Positions 1-10,235 of a stretch of DNA of 64,000 nucleotides are shown here, in pieces. This DNA is from Bacteroidaceae bacterium (GTDB lineage Bacteria > Bacteroidota > Bacteroidia > Bacteroidales > Bacteroidaceae). The stretch is from contig JAIKZS010000133.1 of NCBI GenBank assembly GCA_024682035.1, positions 8,815-72,814 on the forward strand. Reading direction: 5' to 3'. Within the stretch, counting starts at the first letter, position 1. Each line of letters opens with the position of its first letter. Both the position numbers and the translations under genes were made by a program. Below the pieces are notes generated by a model, which ran no database searches, was not told the DNA's origin, and saw nothing but the letters and a program-made list of their open reading frames with translations.

Positions 1-101
1 AATTTTTTACACTTAATTCATAAAATTGCCACAAAGATACTGCTTTCCATTCAAATAATTCTATAAAATTCTTTATATTTGCACAAATTTAGGACTATTT
101 T

Positions 102-2774
102 ATGAGTAAAAACACTGATAAACCCACAGATGACTTCGCTGCCGACGAAGCAACAGGCCACTCTGATTACAAACCTACTGATACCCATGACGCCAATGCC
201 AAGCATCAACTGAGCGGAATGTATGAAAACTGGTTTCTTGATTATGCATCGTATGTTATTCTTGAACGTGCCGTTCCTCATATCATCGATGGCTTGAAAC
301 CGGTGCAACGCCGCATTTTACACACCATGTGGCGCATGGAGGACGGGCGTTACAACAAAGTGGCTGGCATTGTGGGGGAAACCATGAAATTTCATCCTCA
401 TGGCGATGCTTCCATTGGGGATGCTTTGGTACAGCTGGGACAGAAGGAAATGCTTATTGATACCCAGGGTAACTGGGGCAACATTTTTACCGGTGATGGA
501 GCTGCAGCACCTCGATATATTGAAGCCCGACTTACCAGTTTTGCCAAAGAAGTGGTGTTTAACCCTAAAACTACCGAATGGCAATTTTCCTATGATGGAC
601 GCAATGAAGAGCCCGTAAACTTACCAGTAAAATTTCCTTTGCTCCTAGCACAGGGTGTAGAAGGCATTGCGGTAGGTTTGTCGTCAAAAATATTACCTCA
701 CAATTTCAATGAAATTTGCGATGCAGCCGTGAGCTATCTTCATGGTGATACATTTAAGCTATATCCTGATTTTCAAACAGGTGGTGCCATTGAGGTGGCG
801 AAATATAATGATGGTGAGCGAGGTGGCAGTGTTCGGGTACGCGCCAAAATAGAGAAAATAGACAACCACACCCTGGTTATACGCGAATTGCCTTATGGGC
901 GCACCGTTGCTAACGTATGCGACTCTATAGTAAAAGCCAACGAGAAAGGTAAAATTAAGGTAAAGCAGGTGGAAGATCTTACCTCGGCAAATGTGGAGAT
1001 TCTGGTACACTTGCAAAGTGGCGTTTCGTCCGACAAAACAATTGATGCCCTCTACGCATTTACTGATTGTGAAATCAATATTTCACCCAATTGCTGTGTA
1101 ATTGACGAGAAGAAACCGCAGTTCCTTACCATCAGCGATGTATTGCGTCGTTCAGTTGACAATACAAAGGATTTGCTGCGCAGAGAATTAGAAATTCGTA
1201 AAGGGGAAATCTTAGAACAGCTTCATTTCGCTTCGCTCGAGAAAATTTTCATTGAAGAGCGTATTTATAAAGACAAGGAATTTGAAGAGGCGCAGAATAT
1301 TGATGCTGCTTGTGAGCATATTGATGAACGCCTTACCCCTTATTATCCTTATATGGTACGCGAGGTAACCAAAGATGACATTCTTAAACTTTTGGAAATT
1401 AAGATGGGCCGCATCCTGAAATTCAATTCTGATAAGGCGGAGGAGGCTATCTTGAAAATGAAGGCTGATATTGAAGAAATCAATAATCTGCTAGCCAATT
1501 TGGTGGAATATACAGCCAACTGGTTCCTCAAACTTAAGAAGAAATATGGTGCTCAGTTCCCTCGCAGAACAGAAGTGCGTAGCTTCGACGTTATCGATTC
1601 TGCCCGTGTAATTGAGGCCACCGAAAAATTATACGTAAATCGTGAAGAAGGCTTTATTGGCTATGGCTCACAAATGAAAAAAGATGAATTTGTGTGCAAT
1701 TGCTCTAACCTTGACGATGTAATTGTGTTCTTCCGCGATGGACGCTATGTGGTGACTTCTGTAGCTGATAAGAAGTTTATAGGTAAGGATATTTACTACA
1801 TCAACATTTTCAATAAAAACGATAAACGTACTATATACAATGTGGTATATAGAGATGGGAAAAAGGGATGGAGTTATATTAAACGCTTTGCTGTAACAGC
1901 TGTTGTGCACGACCGTGAGTACGACATAACGCAGGGCAAGGAGGGTTCACGCATGTTGTATTTCTCGGCTAACCCCAATGGTGAAGCAGAAATCATAAAG
2001 GTAACACTGAAACCTAATCAGCGCGTCAAAAATCTTGTCATAGATAAAGATTTCAGTGAGATCTTTATAAAGGGCCGTCAGGCTATGGGTAATATACTTA
2101 CCAAATTTGACATACATCGCATTACATTAAAAGCGCAGGGAGGTTCTACCTTAGGAGGCCGTGAGGTGTGGTTCGATGAAGATATATGCCGACTGAACTA
2201 CGATGGGCACGGCAAGAGTTTAGGCGAGTTCCAGAACGATGATCTTATTTTGGTGGTGCTCGACAACGGTGATTTCTATACTACAGACTTTGACACCAAT
2301 AACCATTATGAGGACAATATTTATTTAATTGAAAAATTCAATCCTGGCAAAGTATGGACGGCTGTGCTCATTGATGCTTCTCAGAAAGGGTTCACATATG
2401 TCAAACGCTTTAACTTTGAGGCTACTAACCGCAAACAGAATTACTTAGGAAGTAATCCTGACAATCGTCTGCTTTTGCTGACTGACCAATATTACGCTCG
2501 TTTTGAAGTGACGATGGGTGGCGCAGATGCTTTCCGTGGAAAGATTGAAATTGATGCCGATGAGTTTATTGCTATCAAAGGTTACAAAGCTAAGGGCAAG
2601 CGCCTTACTACCTTCAATATTAAGAAGGTCAAAGAGTTAGAGCCAACCCGCTTCCCTGAATCACCAACTTCGACAACTGAAACCGTCGAACAACCAAAAG
2701 ATGAAGACCCTGATAAAGATAAAAGCCAAAGTGATATCATTGATGAACTTACTGGCCAAATGAAACTTTTCTAA
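102..2774 (+). CDS. parC: DNA topoisomerase IV subunit A (Bacteroidetes-type GyrA/ParC family)
   Basis: DGLKPVQRRIL, FHPHGDAS and AAAPRYIEARL (catalytic Tyr) motifs. The 890-aa length and N-terminus (YENWFLDYASYVILERA) match the Bacteroidetes ParC type. Confidence 0.9.
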   Translation: MSKNTDKPTDDFAADEATGHSDYKPTDTHDANAKHQLSGMYENWFLDYASYVILERAVPHIIDGLKPVQRRILHTMWRMEDGRYNKVAGIVGETMKFHPHGDASIGDALVQLGQKEMLIDTQGNWGNIFTGDGAAAPRYIEARLTSFAKEVVFNPKTTEWQFSYDGRNEEPVNLPVKFPLLLAQGVEGIAVGLSSKILPHNFNEICDAAVSYLHGDTFKLYPDFQTGGAIEVAKYNDGERGGSVRVRAKIEKIDNHTLVIRELPYGRTVANVCDSIVKANEKGKIKVKQVEDLTSANVEILVHLQSGVSSDKTIDALYAFTDCEINISPNCCVIDEKKPQFLTISDVLRRSVDNTKDLLRRELEIRKGEILEQLHFASLEKIFIEERIYKDKEFEEAQNIDAACEHIDERLTPYYPYMVREVTKDDILKLLEIKMGRILKFNSDKAEEAILKMKADIEEINNLLANLVEYTANWFLKLKKKYGAQFPRRTEVRSFDVIDSARVIEATEKLYVNREEGFIGYGSQMKKDEFVCNCSNLDDVIVFFRDGRYVVTSVADKKFIGKDIYYINIFNKNDKRTIYNVVYRDGKKGWSYIKRFAVTAVVHDREYDITQGKEGSRMLYFSANPNGEAEIIKVTLKPNQRVKNLVIDKDFSEIFIKGRQAMGNILTKFDIHRITLKAQGGSTLGGREVWFDEDICRLNYDGHGKSLGEFQNDDLILVVLDNGDFYTTDFDTNNHYEDNIYLIEKFNPGKVWTAVLIDASQKGFTYVKRFNFEATNRKQNYLGSNPDNRLLLLTDQYYARFEVTMGGADAFRGKIEIDADEFIAIKGYKAKGKRLTTFNIKKVKELEPTRFPESPTSTTETVEQPKDEDPDKDKSQSDIIDELTGQMKLF

Positions 2775-2788
2775 TTGATAATTGATAA

Positions 2789-3634
2789 TTGACAATTAAA
2801 CACTACATATTATTATCTGCCCTTTTTCTGTTCGGAGTAGAAACAAGCGCTCAAGAGAACCAAGGTCAAACAACCGAAAGTATTTCGGTCAATGATCAGT
2901 GGTTAAATGGCAACCGTATTTACACCAGATCAACTTCTTTTGGTGTGGGTTTTACTTCCTTACAAGATACTTACCTCTCACCAGAAGCATATAAGGGGTG
3001 GGAAGCTCGTTTCTCTCGTGAAACCTTACATCAGACCAAACTGATGCAAGGCAAGATATGGCAACAGACTTATTTCCAAGGTAATTTCGGCTTTACTGAT
3101 AACCGGGCTGAGAATAACAAGACTGCCACGGCACTGGCTAACTGGAACTATGGATGGCTGTACAGGCAACCACTTTCTTCTAATTTCGACATTCTTATGG
3201 GTGGTGCAGCCGACTTTAACGGTGGGTTTACTTACAATATGAGGAATGGCAATAACCCTGTTTCAATCAGGGCACACGCCTCTATTGATGCATCTGTCAT
3301 GGCCCTTTGGAACCTGAAAGTGCATCAACGCCCCCTGTTACTGCGTTATCAAGCAAATTTACCTTTGTTGGGATTAATGTTCATGCCTCACTATGGACAG
3401 TCTTATTACGAGATATTTTCTATAGGCGATCGGGGGGGCACCTTAAAGTTTACTACCCCGTTCAGTACGCCTTCTTTACGACAAATGCTTTCGGCCGATT
3501 ATCCCATAGGCAAGGTTACACTTCGCCTTACTTATGTATGGGATATTCAACAAGCCCATATTAATCAAATCAAGTCACACACCTATAGTCACATCTTTAT
3601 GATTGGCGTAGTTAAACGATTTCAGAAACTATGA
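2789..3634 (+). CDS. Outer-membrane beta-barrel-like protein (DUF3316-like)
   Basis: Signal peptide, DTYLSPxxYxG motif, beta-strand pattern, position between parC and an S41 peptidase. TTG start is uncertain. Confidence 0.65.
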   Translation: MTIKHYILLSALFLFGVETSAQENQGQTTESISVNDQWLNGNRIYTRSTSFGVGFTSLQDTYLSPEAYKGWEARFSRETLHQTKLMQGKIWQQTYFQGNFGFTDNRAENNKTATALANWNYGWLYRQPLSSNFDILMGGAADFNGGFTYNMRNGNNPVSIRAHASIDASVMALWNLKVHQRPLLLRYQANLPLLGLMFMPHYGQSYYEIFSIGDRGGTLKFTTPFSTPSLRQMLSADYPIGKVTLRLTYVWDIQQAHINQIKSHTYSHIFMIGVVKRFQKL

Positions 3635-4629
3635 AACGCTTGACCTTATTGATATTGTCGCTAATGCTGCTCTCCTCTTGTGTGCGCGATGAGAACTATG
3701 CAGACTCACCTATGGGTAATTTCGAGGCTTTGTGGCGTATCATAGACGAACACTATTGCTTCCTTGACTACAAGCAGGTAGATTGGAATGCCGTGAAAAC
3801 ACATTATCAGCCATATATTACCGATGATTTGACCAACGACAAGCTTTTCCAAATACTGGGCAATATGCTGGCAGAGCTCAAAGACGGACATGTGAACCTT
3901 TATGCTTACCACAACACGGCACGTTATTGGAACTGGTATGAAGACTATCCCCGCAATTACAGTGAAGAGTTGATTGAAAAATATCTTGGTCATGATTATC
4001 GTATAAGTGGAGGCTTACGCTACCGCATTCTCGATGATAATATCGGGTATGTGTCATGCACCAGCTTTTCATCTGCCATAGGCAACAACGCACTGAGCGA
4101 AATGTTGCGCTACATGGATATCTGCAATGGCCTCATCATAGATGTAAGAAACAATGGTGGTGGCGAACTGACCAATGCACAACGATTTGCTGGTCGTTTT
4201 ACGAATGAAAAGGTATTAGTAGGTTATATGTGCCACAAAACTGGTAAGGGACACAACGATTTCTCAGAGCCTGAACCTATTTATATTGAGCCCTCTAATG
4301 GCATCCGTTGGCAGAAACCTGTGGTAGTGCTTACCAACCGTCATAGTTATAGTGCCACGAATGATTTTGTGAACTCCATGCGTTACATGCCTCAAGTTAC
4401 TATTATTGGCGACCAAACTGGTGGTGGATCGGGCATGCCGTTTAATTCTGAATTGCCCAATGGATGGGGCGTACGCTTTAGTGCCTGCCCTACTTTTGAT
4501 GCACAGATGCAACAAATAGAATTTGGCATTAAGCCCGACATTCAAGTTGACCTTGCTGCAAGTGATAAGGATCAAGGCATTGATACCATAATTGAGACGG
4601 CAAGAGCATTTTTTGATAAAAAACCATAA
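3631..4629 (+). CDS. S41 family peptidase, lipoprotein
   Basis: Lipobox LSSC; IIDVRNNGGG, SYSAT, IIGDQTGGG and GIKPDI motifs; overlaps the upstream stop codon (ATGA). Confidence 0.85.
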   Translation: MKRLTLLILSLMLLSSCVRDENYADSPMGNFEALWRIIDEHYCFLDYKQVDWNAVKTHYQPYITDDLTNDKLFQILGNMLAELKDGHVNLYAYHNTARYWNWYEDYPRNYSEELIEKYLGHDYRISGGLRYRILDDNIGYVSCTSFSSAIGNNALSEMLRYMDICNGLIIDVRNNGGGELTNAQRFAGRFTNEKVLVGYMCHKTGKGHNDFSEPEPIYIEPSNGIRWQKPVVVLTNRHSYSATNDFVNSMRYMPQVTIIGDQTGGGSGMPFNSELPNGWGVRFSACPTFDAQMQQIEFGIKPDIQVDLAASDKDQGIDTIIETARAFFDKKP

Positions 4630-4633
4630 GAAA

Positions 4634-4665
4634 TTTGCAAATACCCGTAAGAAACCTTACTTTTG
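4634..4665 (+). promoter_or_regulatory. Bacteroidetes primary-sigma promoter for tRNA-Leu
   Basis: TTTG (4634-4637), 20-bp spacer, TACTTTTG (4658-4665) matching TAnnTTTG. Confidence 0.75.
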
Positions 4666-4674
4666 CATTGCATT

Positions 4675-4756
4675 GCGGGTATGGCGTAATTGGCAGCCGC
4701 GCCAGACTTAGGATCTGGTGGAGAAATCCGTGAAGGTTCGAGTCCTTTTACCCGCA
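4675..4756 (+). tRNA. tRNA-Leu (anticodon TAG)
   Basis: Acceptor stem GCGGGTA/TACCCGC plus discriminator A; anticodon arm CCAGA-CTTAGGA-TCTGG; long variable arm; T arm GAAGG-TTCGAGT-CCTTT. CCA is not encoded. Confidence 0.96.
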
Positions 4757-4758
4757 CT

Positions 4759-4784
4759 AAGCTCCTTTATCAAGGAGCTTTTTT
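4759..4784 (+). terminator. Intrinsic terminator after tRNA-Leu
   Basis: AAGCTCCTT-tatc-AAGGAGCTT followed by a T run. Confidence 0.85.
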
Positions 4785-4978
4785 ATTTAGATGCATCTCC
4801 TATCTCATCAATCCTCTCGCCTGCTAAAGAAAAATCTGTACAGATGGCTATGTAAAAGAGCAAAATTCATAGAAATTTACTAGAGCAAGATATCTAACTA
4901 TAAATAAACAATCAACATACTTACTATCAGTATTTTATATATTACTTGCGAAATTATTCGCATTTTGTATTTTGAAAA

Positions 4979-5010
4979 TTTGGAACTATCAAAAGACTTT
5001 TATATATTTG
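4979..5010 (+). promoter_or_regulatory. Promoter for the AAA ATPase gene
   Basis: TTTG (4979-4982), 20-bp spacer, TATATTTG (5003-5010). Confidence 0.6.
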
Positions 5011-5029
5011 CGAATAAAATCGCAATATT

Positions 5030-6049
5030 ATGATAAACCCTTTTATATATGGCACTTCCATTGATAATGCCAATTTTATAGGAAGAAAGAGAGAATTGGA
5101 GTTCATAAAACAGACTTTGAACAGCAAAAGGCATCTAGTAGTAATCAGTCCTCGACGATATGGGAAGACTTCACTCGTACAAAGAGCACTCAAGCGAATG
5201 CATCTACCATATATCATGATAAACCTACAACATGTCATTAACATTGACGATCTTATCTCACAAATATTGAGTGAAGCCCAGAAAGTGATGGGGAAAAACT
5301 ATGGACTGTCAACCAGTGAGGACTCACTTGCAGAAGTATTTTCATTATTAGAAAATATTGCTCTGCTTAAACCTGGATTTACCATTGTGTTTAAAAATTT
5401 CCAAGTAATAAAAGAACTGGATAGCAACATAGTAATGAAAATAAGCCGTATCATCAAGAATCAAACAAAAACTTGTTATATCGTTATGGGCAATCAGGAA
5501 GCTGATATGAAGGCTATTTTCGAAAAGAAAAAGGCTCCGTTCTATTATATTGGCGAAGTTTTAAGGCTGGGCAAAATCTCTCATGAAGAATTAAGTAACT
5601 ACATATCAAACAAGTTTTTATCAGTTGCAGGCGTACAGAGCAGTAGAGAGATAACAACTAAAATCTTGGAAACAACAAATTGTCATCCATATTACACAAT
5701 GCTGTTAGCAGCCAACGTATGGCAAATTCTAGTTAACCAAGGCTTGATAAAGAATGTCACTGAACTGGCTATAGAAGAAACCATCAACCAGCAGGACCTT
5801 AATTATGAACGTATCTGGGTAAGCTTTAACAGAACGGATAGGCGAGTTCTACAGACTATCTGTCAACATAAAAAAATATTTGAAGACAAGAGTTTCCCCA
5901 CCAGTACCACATTTAGTGCTGTCAAACGATTGATGCAGGCAGGTTATATCATAAAAACAGAAGAATATCAGCTGGAAGATCCCTTCTTTGAACTATGGAT
6001 ATTACGGCACAGAATTTTTATTATAGATAGTAATGTGGAATCTCTATAA
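5030..6049 (+). CDS. AAA/STAND-like (archaeal-type) ATPase with C-terminal winged helix; Walker B degenerate
   Basis: NPFIYG...FIGRKRE N-terminus, Walker A SPRRYGKTS, HPYY motif and Y.LEDPFFELWI C-terminus. The Walker B position reads IVFKNFQ. Confidence 0.75.
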   Translation: MINPFIYGTSIDNANFIGRKRELEFIKQTLNSKRHLVVISPRRYGKTSLVQRALKRMHLPYIMINLQHVINIDDLISQILSEAQKVMGKNYGLSTSEDSLAEVFSLLENIALLKPGFTIVFKNFQVIKELDSNIVMKISRIIKNQTKTCYIVMGNQEADMKAIFEKKKAPFYYIGEVLRLGKISHEELSNYISNKFLSVAGVQSSREITTKILETTNCHPYYTMLLAANVWQILVNQGLIKNVTELAIEETINQQDLNYERIWVSFNRTDRRVLQTICQHKKIFEDKSFPTSTTFSAVKRLMQAGYIIKTEEYQLEDPFFELWILRHRIFIIDSNVESL

Positions 6050-6130
6050 CATCTCACTTTGTAGATCCATGAGCTTTGAGGACAGATTACAAAGGAGAAT
6101 AATATGCATGTATATCAAAGAAATAAAGAA

Positions 6131-6532
6131 CTAGTCCCTCAAGACAACTTCTCCTTCTTTCTTCTCAAAGTTATAGACCCCACCCTGCTCGCTCAGTTCA
6201 AATACAGCCATCTGGTCGGTAGCATTATCAACAATAATAACGGAACTGCTTTCTGCAAAACGTGTGATGCTGAAAGTAAGAGGCTCATTCTGGACGGGTG
6301 CATTGTAAAGAACGCTGTCGTTCACTAGTATCTGCATATCGTTTCCAACAAATCCTTTTACCAATGAGATGGCATATGACTCTGCGTATCTGTGTTCCTC
6401 TTTCTTACCTTGTTCACGGAAACTAAGGTAGAAAAATAATGCTACAATAATAAACACGGCAAAAGCTAACAAACCATTGCCCAGCATAAACTGCTTATTT
6501 GTCTTCAAATGTTCGGTATCGTGATTAATCAT
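6131..6532 (-). CDS. Hypothetical single-pass membrane protein
   Basis: Likely ATG at 6532 (MINHDTEHL...), one TM helix, then a beta-rich domain. The ORF-track extension to 6628 looks non-coding. Confidence 0.65.
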   Translation of the reverse strand: MINHDTEHLKTNKQFMLGNGLLAFAVFIIVALFFYLSFREQGKKEEHRYAESYAISLVKGFVGNDMQILVNDSVLYNAPVQNEPLTFSITRFAESSSVIIVDNATDQMAVFELSEQGGVYNFEKKEGEVVLRD

Positions 6533-6683
6533 ATCTCTAAATAATTCTTTTCGGTTGCAATAATAAATAAAAAAGGTGGAAGTTGCAAGCTGCAAATAAA
6601 AAAACTGAATGATTGCATAGTTTGTCAACCACCATGATTGAAATCATATACATTAATACTATTAGTTTGAATGCATGATAAAA

Positions 6684-6720
6684 GAAGAAAGGGAGAAGCG
6701 ACTGACTTCCCCCTTTCTTC
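6684..6720 (-). terminator. Intrinsic terminator of ppdK
   Basis: Minus strand reads GAAGAAAGGGGGAAG-tcagtcg-CTTCTCCCTTTCTTC followed by T residues. Confidence 0.75.
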
Positions 6721-6738
6721 AATATGTTGGCAAAAGAT

Positions 6739-9519
6739 TTATGCTTCAGCTTTAACAGCTTCTGCCTTCTTGCGTTTCTTCTCTTTTTCCTCAGCAATGA
6801 GGTCTTCAACAGCAGCCTGAGCAGCAGCCAAACGAGCGATAGGCACACGGAATGGTGAACAGCTGACGTAGTTCAAACCTACACGATGACAGAACTTCAC
6901 TGAAGAAGGCTCACCACCATGCTCACCACAAATACCGCAAATAAGCTCTGGACGAGTGTAACGTCCCTTCTTAACTGCCATATCAATTAACTGACCAACA
7001 CCTTCTTGATCAAGTACCTGGAATGGGTCAACACTCAGAATCTTCTTCTCCAAATATACTGGCAAGAAGCTGGCGATATCATCACGACTATAACCGAAGG
7101 TCATCTGAGTCAAGTCATTAGTACCAAAGCTGAAATACTCGGCATGCTTAGCGATCTTATCAGCAGTTAAGGCTGCACGAGGAATCTCAATCATTGTACC
7201 AATACGGAAACGAACCACGATACCTTCGTCTTTGAACATCTTCTCAGCAGTTTCACGAATCACTTTCTCTTGGAGGTCAAACTCATTAACCATACCAATC
7301 AATGGCACCATGATTTCAGGGCGTGGATCGTAACCTTCCTTACGCAACTTGATAGCGGCACCCAAGATGGCACGTGTCTGCATAGCTGTGATTTCTGGAT
7401 AGGTGTTACCCAAACGGCATCCACGATGACCCAACATTGGGTTGCTCTCAGACAAAGAAGCCACACGCTGCTGAATCTCTTGCACTGTTACACCCATGTC
7501 TTCGGCCATTGCCTGCTGACCTGCCAAATCATGAGGAACGAACTCATGCAATGGAGGATCGAGCAAACGAATATTGACAGGACAATTGTCCATCGTCTTC
7601 AAAATCTCGTAGAAGTCGATCATCTGATATGGCAGAATCTTTTCCAAAGCCTTCTCGCGACCTTCCTTCGTTTCTGAAAGGATCATCTCACGCATAGCAC
7701 GAATCTTCTTAGCTTCAAAGAACATGTGCTCTGTACGGCACAAACCAATACCCTCGGCTCCAAAACTATGAGCAACAGCAGCATCACGAGGAGTATCTGC
7801 ATTGGTACGAACATGAAGCTTTGTGTATTTGTCGCAAAGGAACATCAGTTCTGCAAAATCACCACTCACCTCAGCTGCCTTTGTATCGATACGTCCTTCA
7901 TAAATTTCACCTGTACTACCATTCAGTGACAAATAATCACCTTCGTGCAAAACAGTATCACCAATTGTCAAAGTCTTGTTCTTATAATCAACAACCATTG
8001 CACCTGCACCCGTCACGCAGCACTTACCCATACCACGAGCCACTACGGCAGCATGACTAGTCATACCACCACGGCAAGTTACAATACCCTGAGCTACAGC
8101 CATACCAGCCAAATCTTCAGGAGAAGTTTCCATGCGAACCAAGATTACACGCTTGCCCAAGCCATGAATGCGGGCTGCATCATCAGCAAAGAAAGCAACG
8201 TGACCGCAAGCTGCACCAGGGGATGCAGGCAAACCACGAGTCAGCACCTTGGCACGACGCAATGAACGAGGCTCAAATACAGGGTGAAGCAATTCATCAA
8301 GCTTATTGGGCTCACAACGCATAATAGCTGTCTTCTCATCAATGACATCTTCGCGAAGCAAATCCATGGCAATCTTCACCATAGCAGTACCTGTACGCTT
8401 TCCGTTACGGGTCTGAAGGAACCAAAGTTTGCCTTCCTGCACGGTGAACTCCATATCCTGCATATCCTTATAGTGTTTCTCCAATTTCTCTTGGATGGCA
8501 AACAACTGCTTGTAGATGTCAGGCATAGATTCTTCCATAGAAGGATATTTTGAAGCACGCTCTTCTTCGCTGATACCTTGCATCTTTGCCCAACGGCGAG
8601 AGCCTTCGAGGGTAATTTGCTGAGGAGTACGAATACCTGCCACCACGTCTTCACCCTGTGCATTTACAAGATACTCACCATTGAAAATATTTTCACCAGT
8701 ACCAGCATCGCGGCTGAAGCAAACACCTGTTGCAGAAGTGTCACCCATATTACCAAATACCATGGCCATGACACTTACAGCAGTACCCCACTCTGATGGA
8801 ATACCTTCCATCTTGCGGTACAGAATAGCGCGCTCATTCATCCAGCTGTCGAATACGGCGCAAATAGCACCCCAAAGCTGTTCAACTGGACTGTCTGGGA
8901 ATTCCTTACCTGTGCGTTCCTTGATGGCCGACTTAAACAACTTCACCAATTTGCGAAGCTCTTCAACGTTTAAGTCTTTGTCAAGTTTAATACCACGTTC
9001 TTCCTTTACCTTTTCTATTATAGCCTCAAAAGGATCTATTTCGGTCTTGTCAACCGGTTTCATCCCCAGCACCACGTCACCGTACATTTGTACGAAACGA
9101 CGATAGCTATCAAACACAAAGCGCTCATTTCCGGTCTTTTTCACCATACCTTCTGCCACTTTGTCGTTAAGGCCCAGGTTAAGAATAGTATCCATCATAC
9201 CTGGCATAGAGGCGCGAGCACCAGAGCGAACTGATACCAACAAAGGATTCTTAGGATCTCCAAATTTGCTGTTCATCAGCTTCTCGATATGAGCCACAGC
9301 TTTCTCAACATCATCCTTCAAGAGCGCAATCACATCCTCCTTACCTTTTTGGAAATACTCGTTGCACACCTCAGTAGTGATTGTGAAACCAGGAGGCACA
9401 GGCACACCTATCAGGTTCATCTCAGCGCAGTTGGCGCCCTTACCACCTAACAGGTTGCGCATGTCAGCGCGTCCTTCAGCCTGTCCGTTACCAAAAGTAT
9501 AAACTCTTTTGTCTTCCAT
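6739..9519 (-). CDS. ppdK: Pyruvate, phosphate dikinase
   Basis: LLGGKGAN, LLVSVRSGA..SMPGMMDT, GGMTSHAAVVAR (phospho-His), GIGLCRTEHMF and GICGEHGG motifs. Confidence 0.97.
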   Translation of the reverse strand: MEDKRVYTFGNGQAEGRADMRNLLGGKGANCAEMNLIGVPVPPGFTITTEVCNEYFQKGKEDVIALLKDDVEKAVAHIEKLMNSKFGDPKNPLLVSVRSGARASMPGMMDTILNLGLNDKVAEGMVKKTGNERFVFDSYRRFVQMYGDVVLGMKPVDKTEIDPFEAIIEKVKEERGIKLDKDLNVEELRKLVKLFKSAIKERTGKEFPDSPVEQLWGAICAVFDSWMNERAILYRKMEGIPSEWGTAVSVMAMVFGNMGDTSATGVCFSRDAGTGENIFNGEYLVNAQGEDVVAGIRTPQQITLEGSRRWAKMQGISEEERASKYPSMEESMPDIYKQLFAIQEKLEKHYKDMQDMEFTVQEGKLWFLQTRNGKRTGTAMVKIAMDLLREDVIDEKTAIMRCEPNKLDELLHPVFEPRSLRRAKVLTRGLPASPGAACGHVAFFADDAARIHGLGKRVILVRMETSPEDLAGMAVAQGIVTCRGGMTSHAAVVARGMGKCCVTGAGAMVVDYKNKTLTIGDTVLHEGDYLSLNGSTGEIYEGRIDTKAAEVSGDFAELMFLCDKYTKLHVRTNADTPRDAAVAHSFGAEGIGLCRTEHMFFEAKKIRAMREMILSETKEGREKALEKILPYQMIDFYEILKTMDNCPVNIRLLDPPLHEFVPHDLAGQQAMAEDMGVTVQEIQQRVASLSESNPMLGHRGCRLGNTYPEITAMQTRAILGAAIKLRKEGYDPRPEIMVPLIGMVNEFDLQEKVIRETAEKMFKDEGIVVRFRIGTMIEIPRAALTADKIAKHAEYFSFGTNDLTQMTFGYSRDDIASFLPVYLEKKILSVDPFQVLDQEGVGQLIDMAVKKGRYTRPELICGICGEHGGEPSSVKFCHRVGLNYVSCSPFRVPIARLAAAQAAVEDLIAEEKEKKRKKAEAVKAEA

Positions 9520-9667
9520 AATAAAATATTGTTAGGTATTACATTAATAAATTATTTCTACGTCCAAAGCAGATACTTAAGAGTACCTTGTAGCTTGCAA
9601 AGATAAGGCCTTTTTTTTATTTTTTTTAAATTTTTATTCAAAAAAGAGGGATAAAATGCTGATTAAT

Positions 9668-9698
9668 TTTGTAGAATAAGATTTTATTCCTAAATTTG
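9668..9698 (+). promoter_or_regulatory. Promoter of the rimP-nusA-infB operon
   Basis: TTTG (9668-9671), 19-bp spacer, TAAATTTG (9691-9698). Confidence 0.7.
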
Positions 9699-9715
9699 CA
9701 GCCGAAATGATGAAT

Positions 9716-9743
9716 GAAGAGGGGCTTATAGCTCCTTTTTTTA
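9716..9743 (+). promoter_or_regulatory. rimP-leader-type attenuator hairpin
   Basis: AAGAGGGGC-ttata-GCTCCTTTT plus a T run, lying between the promoter and the rimP ATG. It resembles the GGGc...gCCC premature terminator described upstream of rimP. Confidence 0.65.
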
Positions 9744-9766
9744 TTATAAAATTGTTCAACGTAAGT

Positions 9767-10234
9767 ATGATTAACAAAGAGACAGTAGAAAACATTGCCC
9801 AGGAATGGCTTAAAGACAAAGATTACTTTCTGGTGGATGTAACACTGACTGAAGACAACAAAATCAGTGTTGAAATAGACCATCAGGATGGTGTATGGAT
9901 TGACGACTGCGCAGATTTGAGCCGCTACTTAGAAGAAAAGTTAGGCACAGAATGCGAAGACTTTGACCTGGAAGTGGGATCTGCCGGATTAGGGCAGCCT
10001 TTTAAAGTGTTGCGTCAGTACGAATGCCACATCGGTCAAGAAGTGGAAACACTTACTACAGATGGGCGTAAGCTAAAAGGCATATTAAAAGAAGCCACTA
10101 CTGACCATGCTATTATCACCGTACAGCAAAAAATTAAACCTGAAGGTGCTAAAAGGCCCAAGCTGACAGATGTTGACATTTGTCTGAAAATGGAAGAAAT
10201 AAAATATACTAAATATTTAATCAGCTTTAAATAA
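9767..10234 (+). CDS. rimP: Ribosome maturation factor RimP
   Basis: GVWIDDCADLSR and LEVGSAGLGQP motifs; first gene before nusA. Likely start is the ATG at 9767 (MINKETV). Confidence 0.93.
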   Translation: MINKETVENIAQEWLKDKDYFLVDVTLTEDNKISVEIDHQDGVWIDDCADLSRYLEEKLGTECEDFDLEVGSAGLGQPFKVLRQYECHIGQEVETLTTDGRKLKGILKEATTDHAIITVQQKIKPEGAKRPKLTDVDICLKMEEIKYTKYLISFK

Positions 10235-10235
10235 T

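Noticed and set aside
4572-4757. 61-aa minus-strand ORF
   Set aside because: It is the antisense reading of tRNA-Leu.
4675-6130. tRNA-integrated genomic island
   Set aside because: No integrase or duplicated tRNA 3' end was found by eye, and only a single gene is present.
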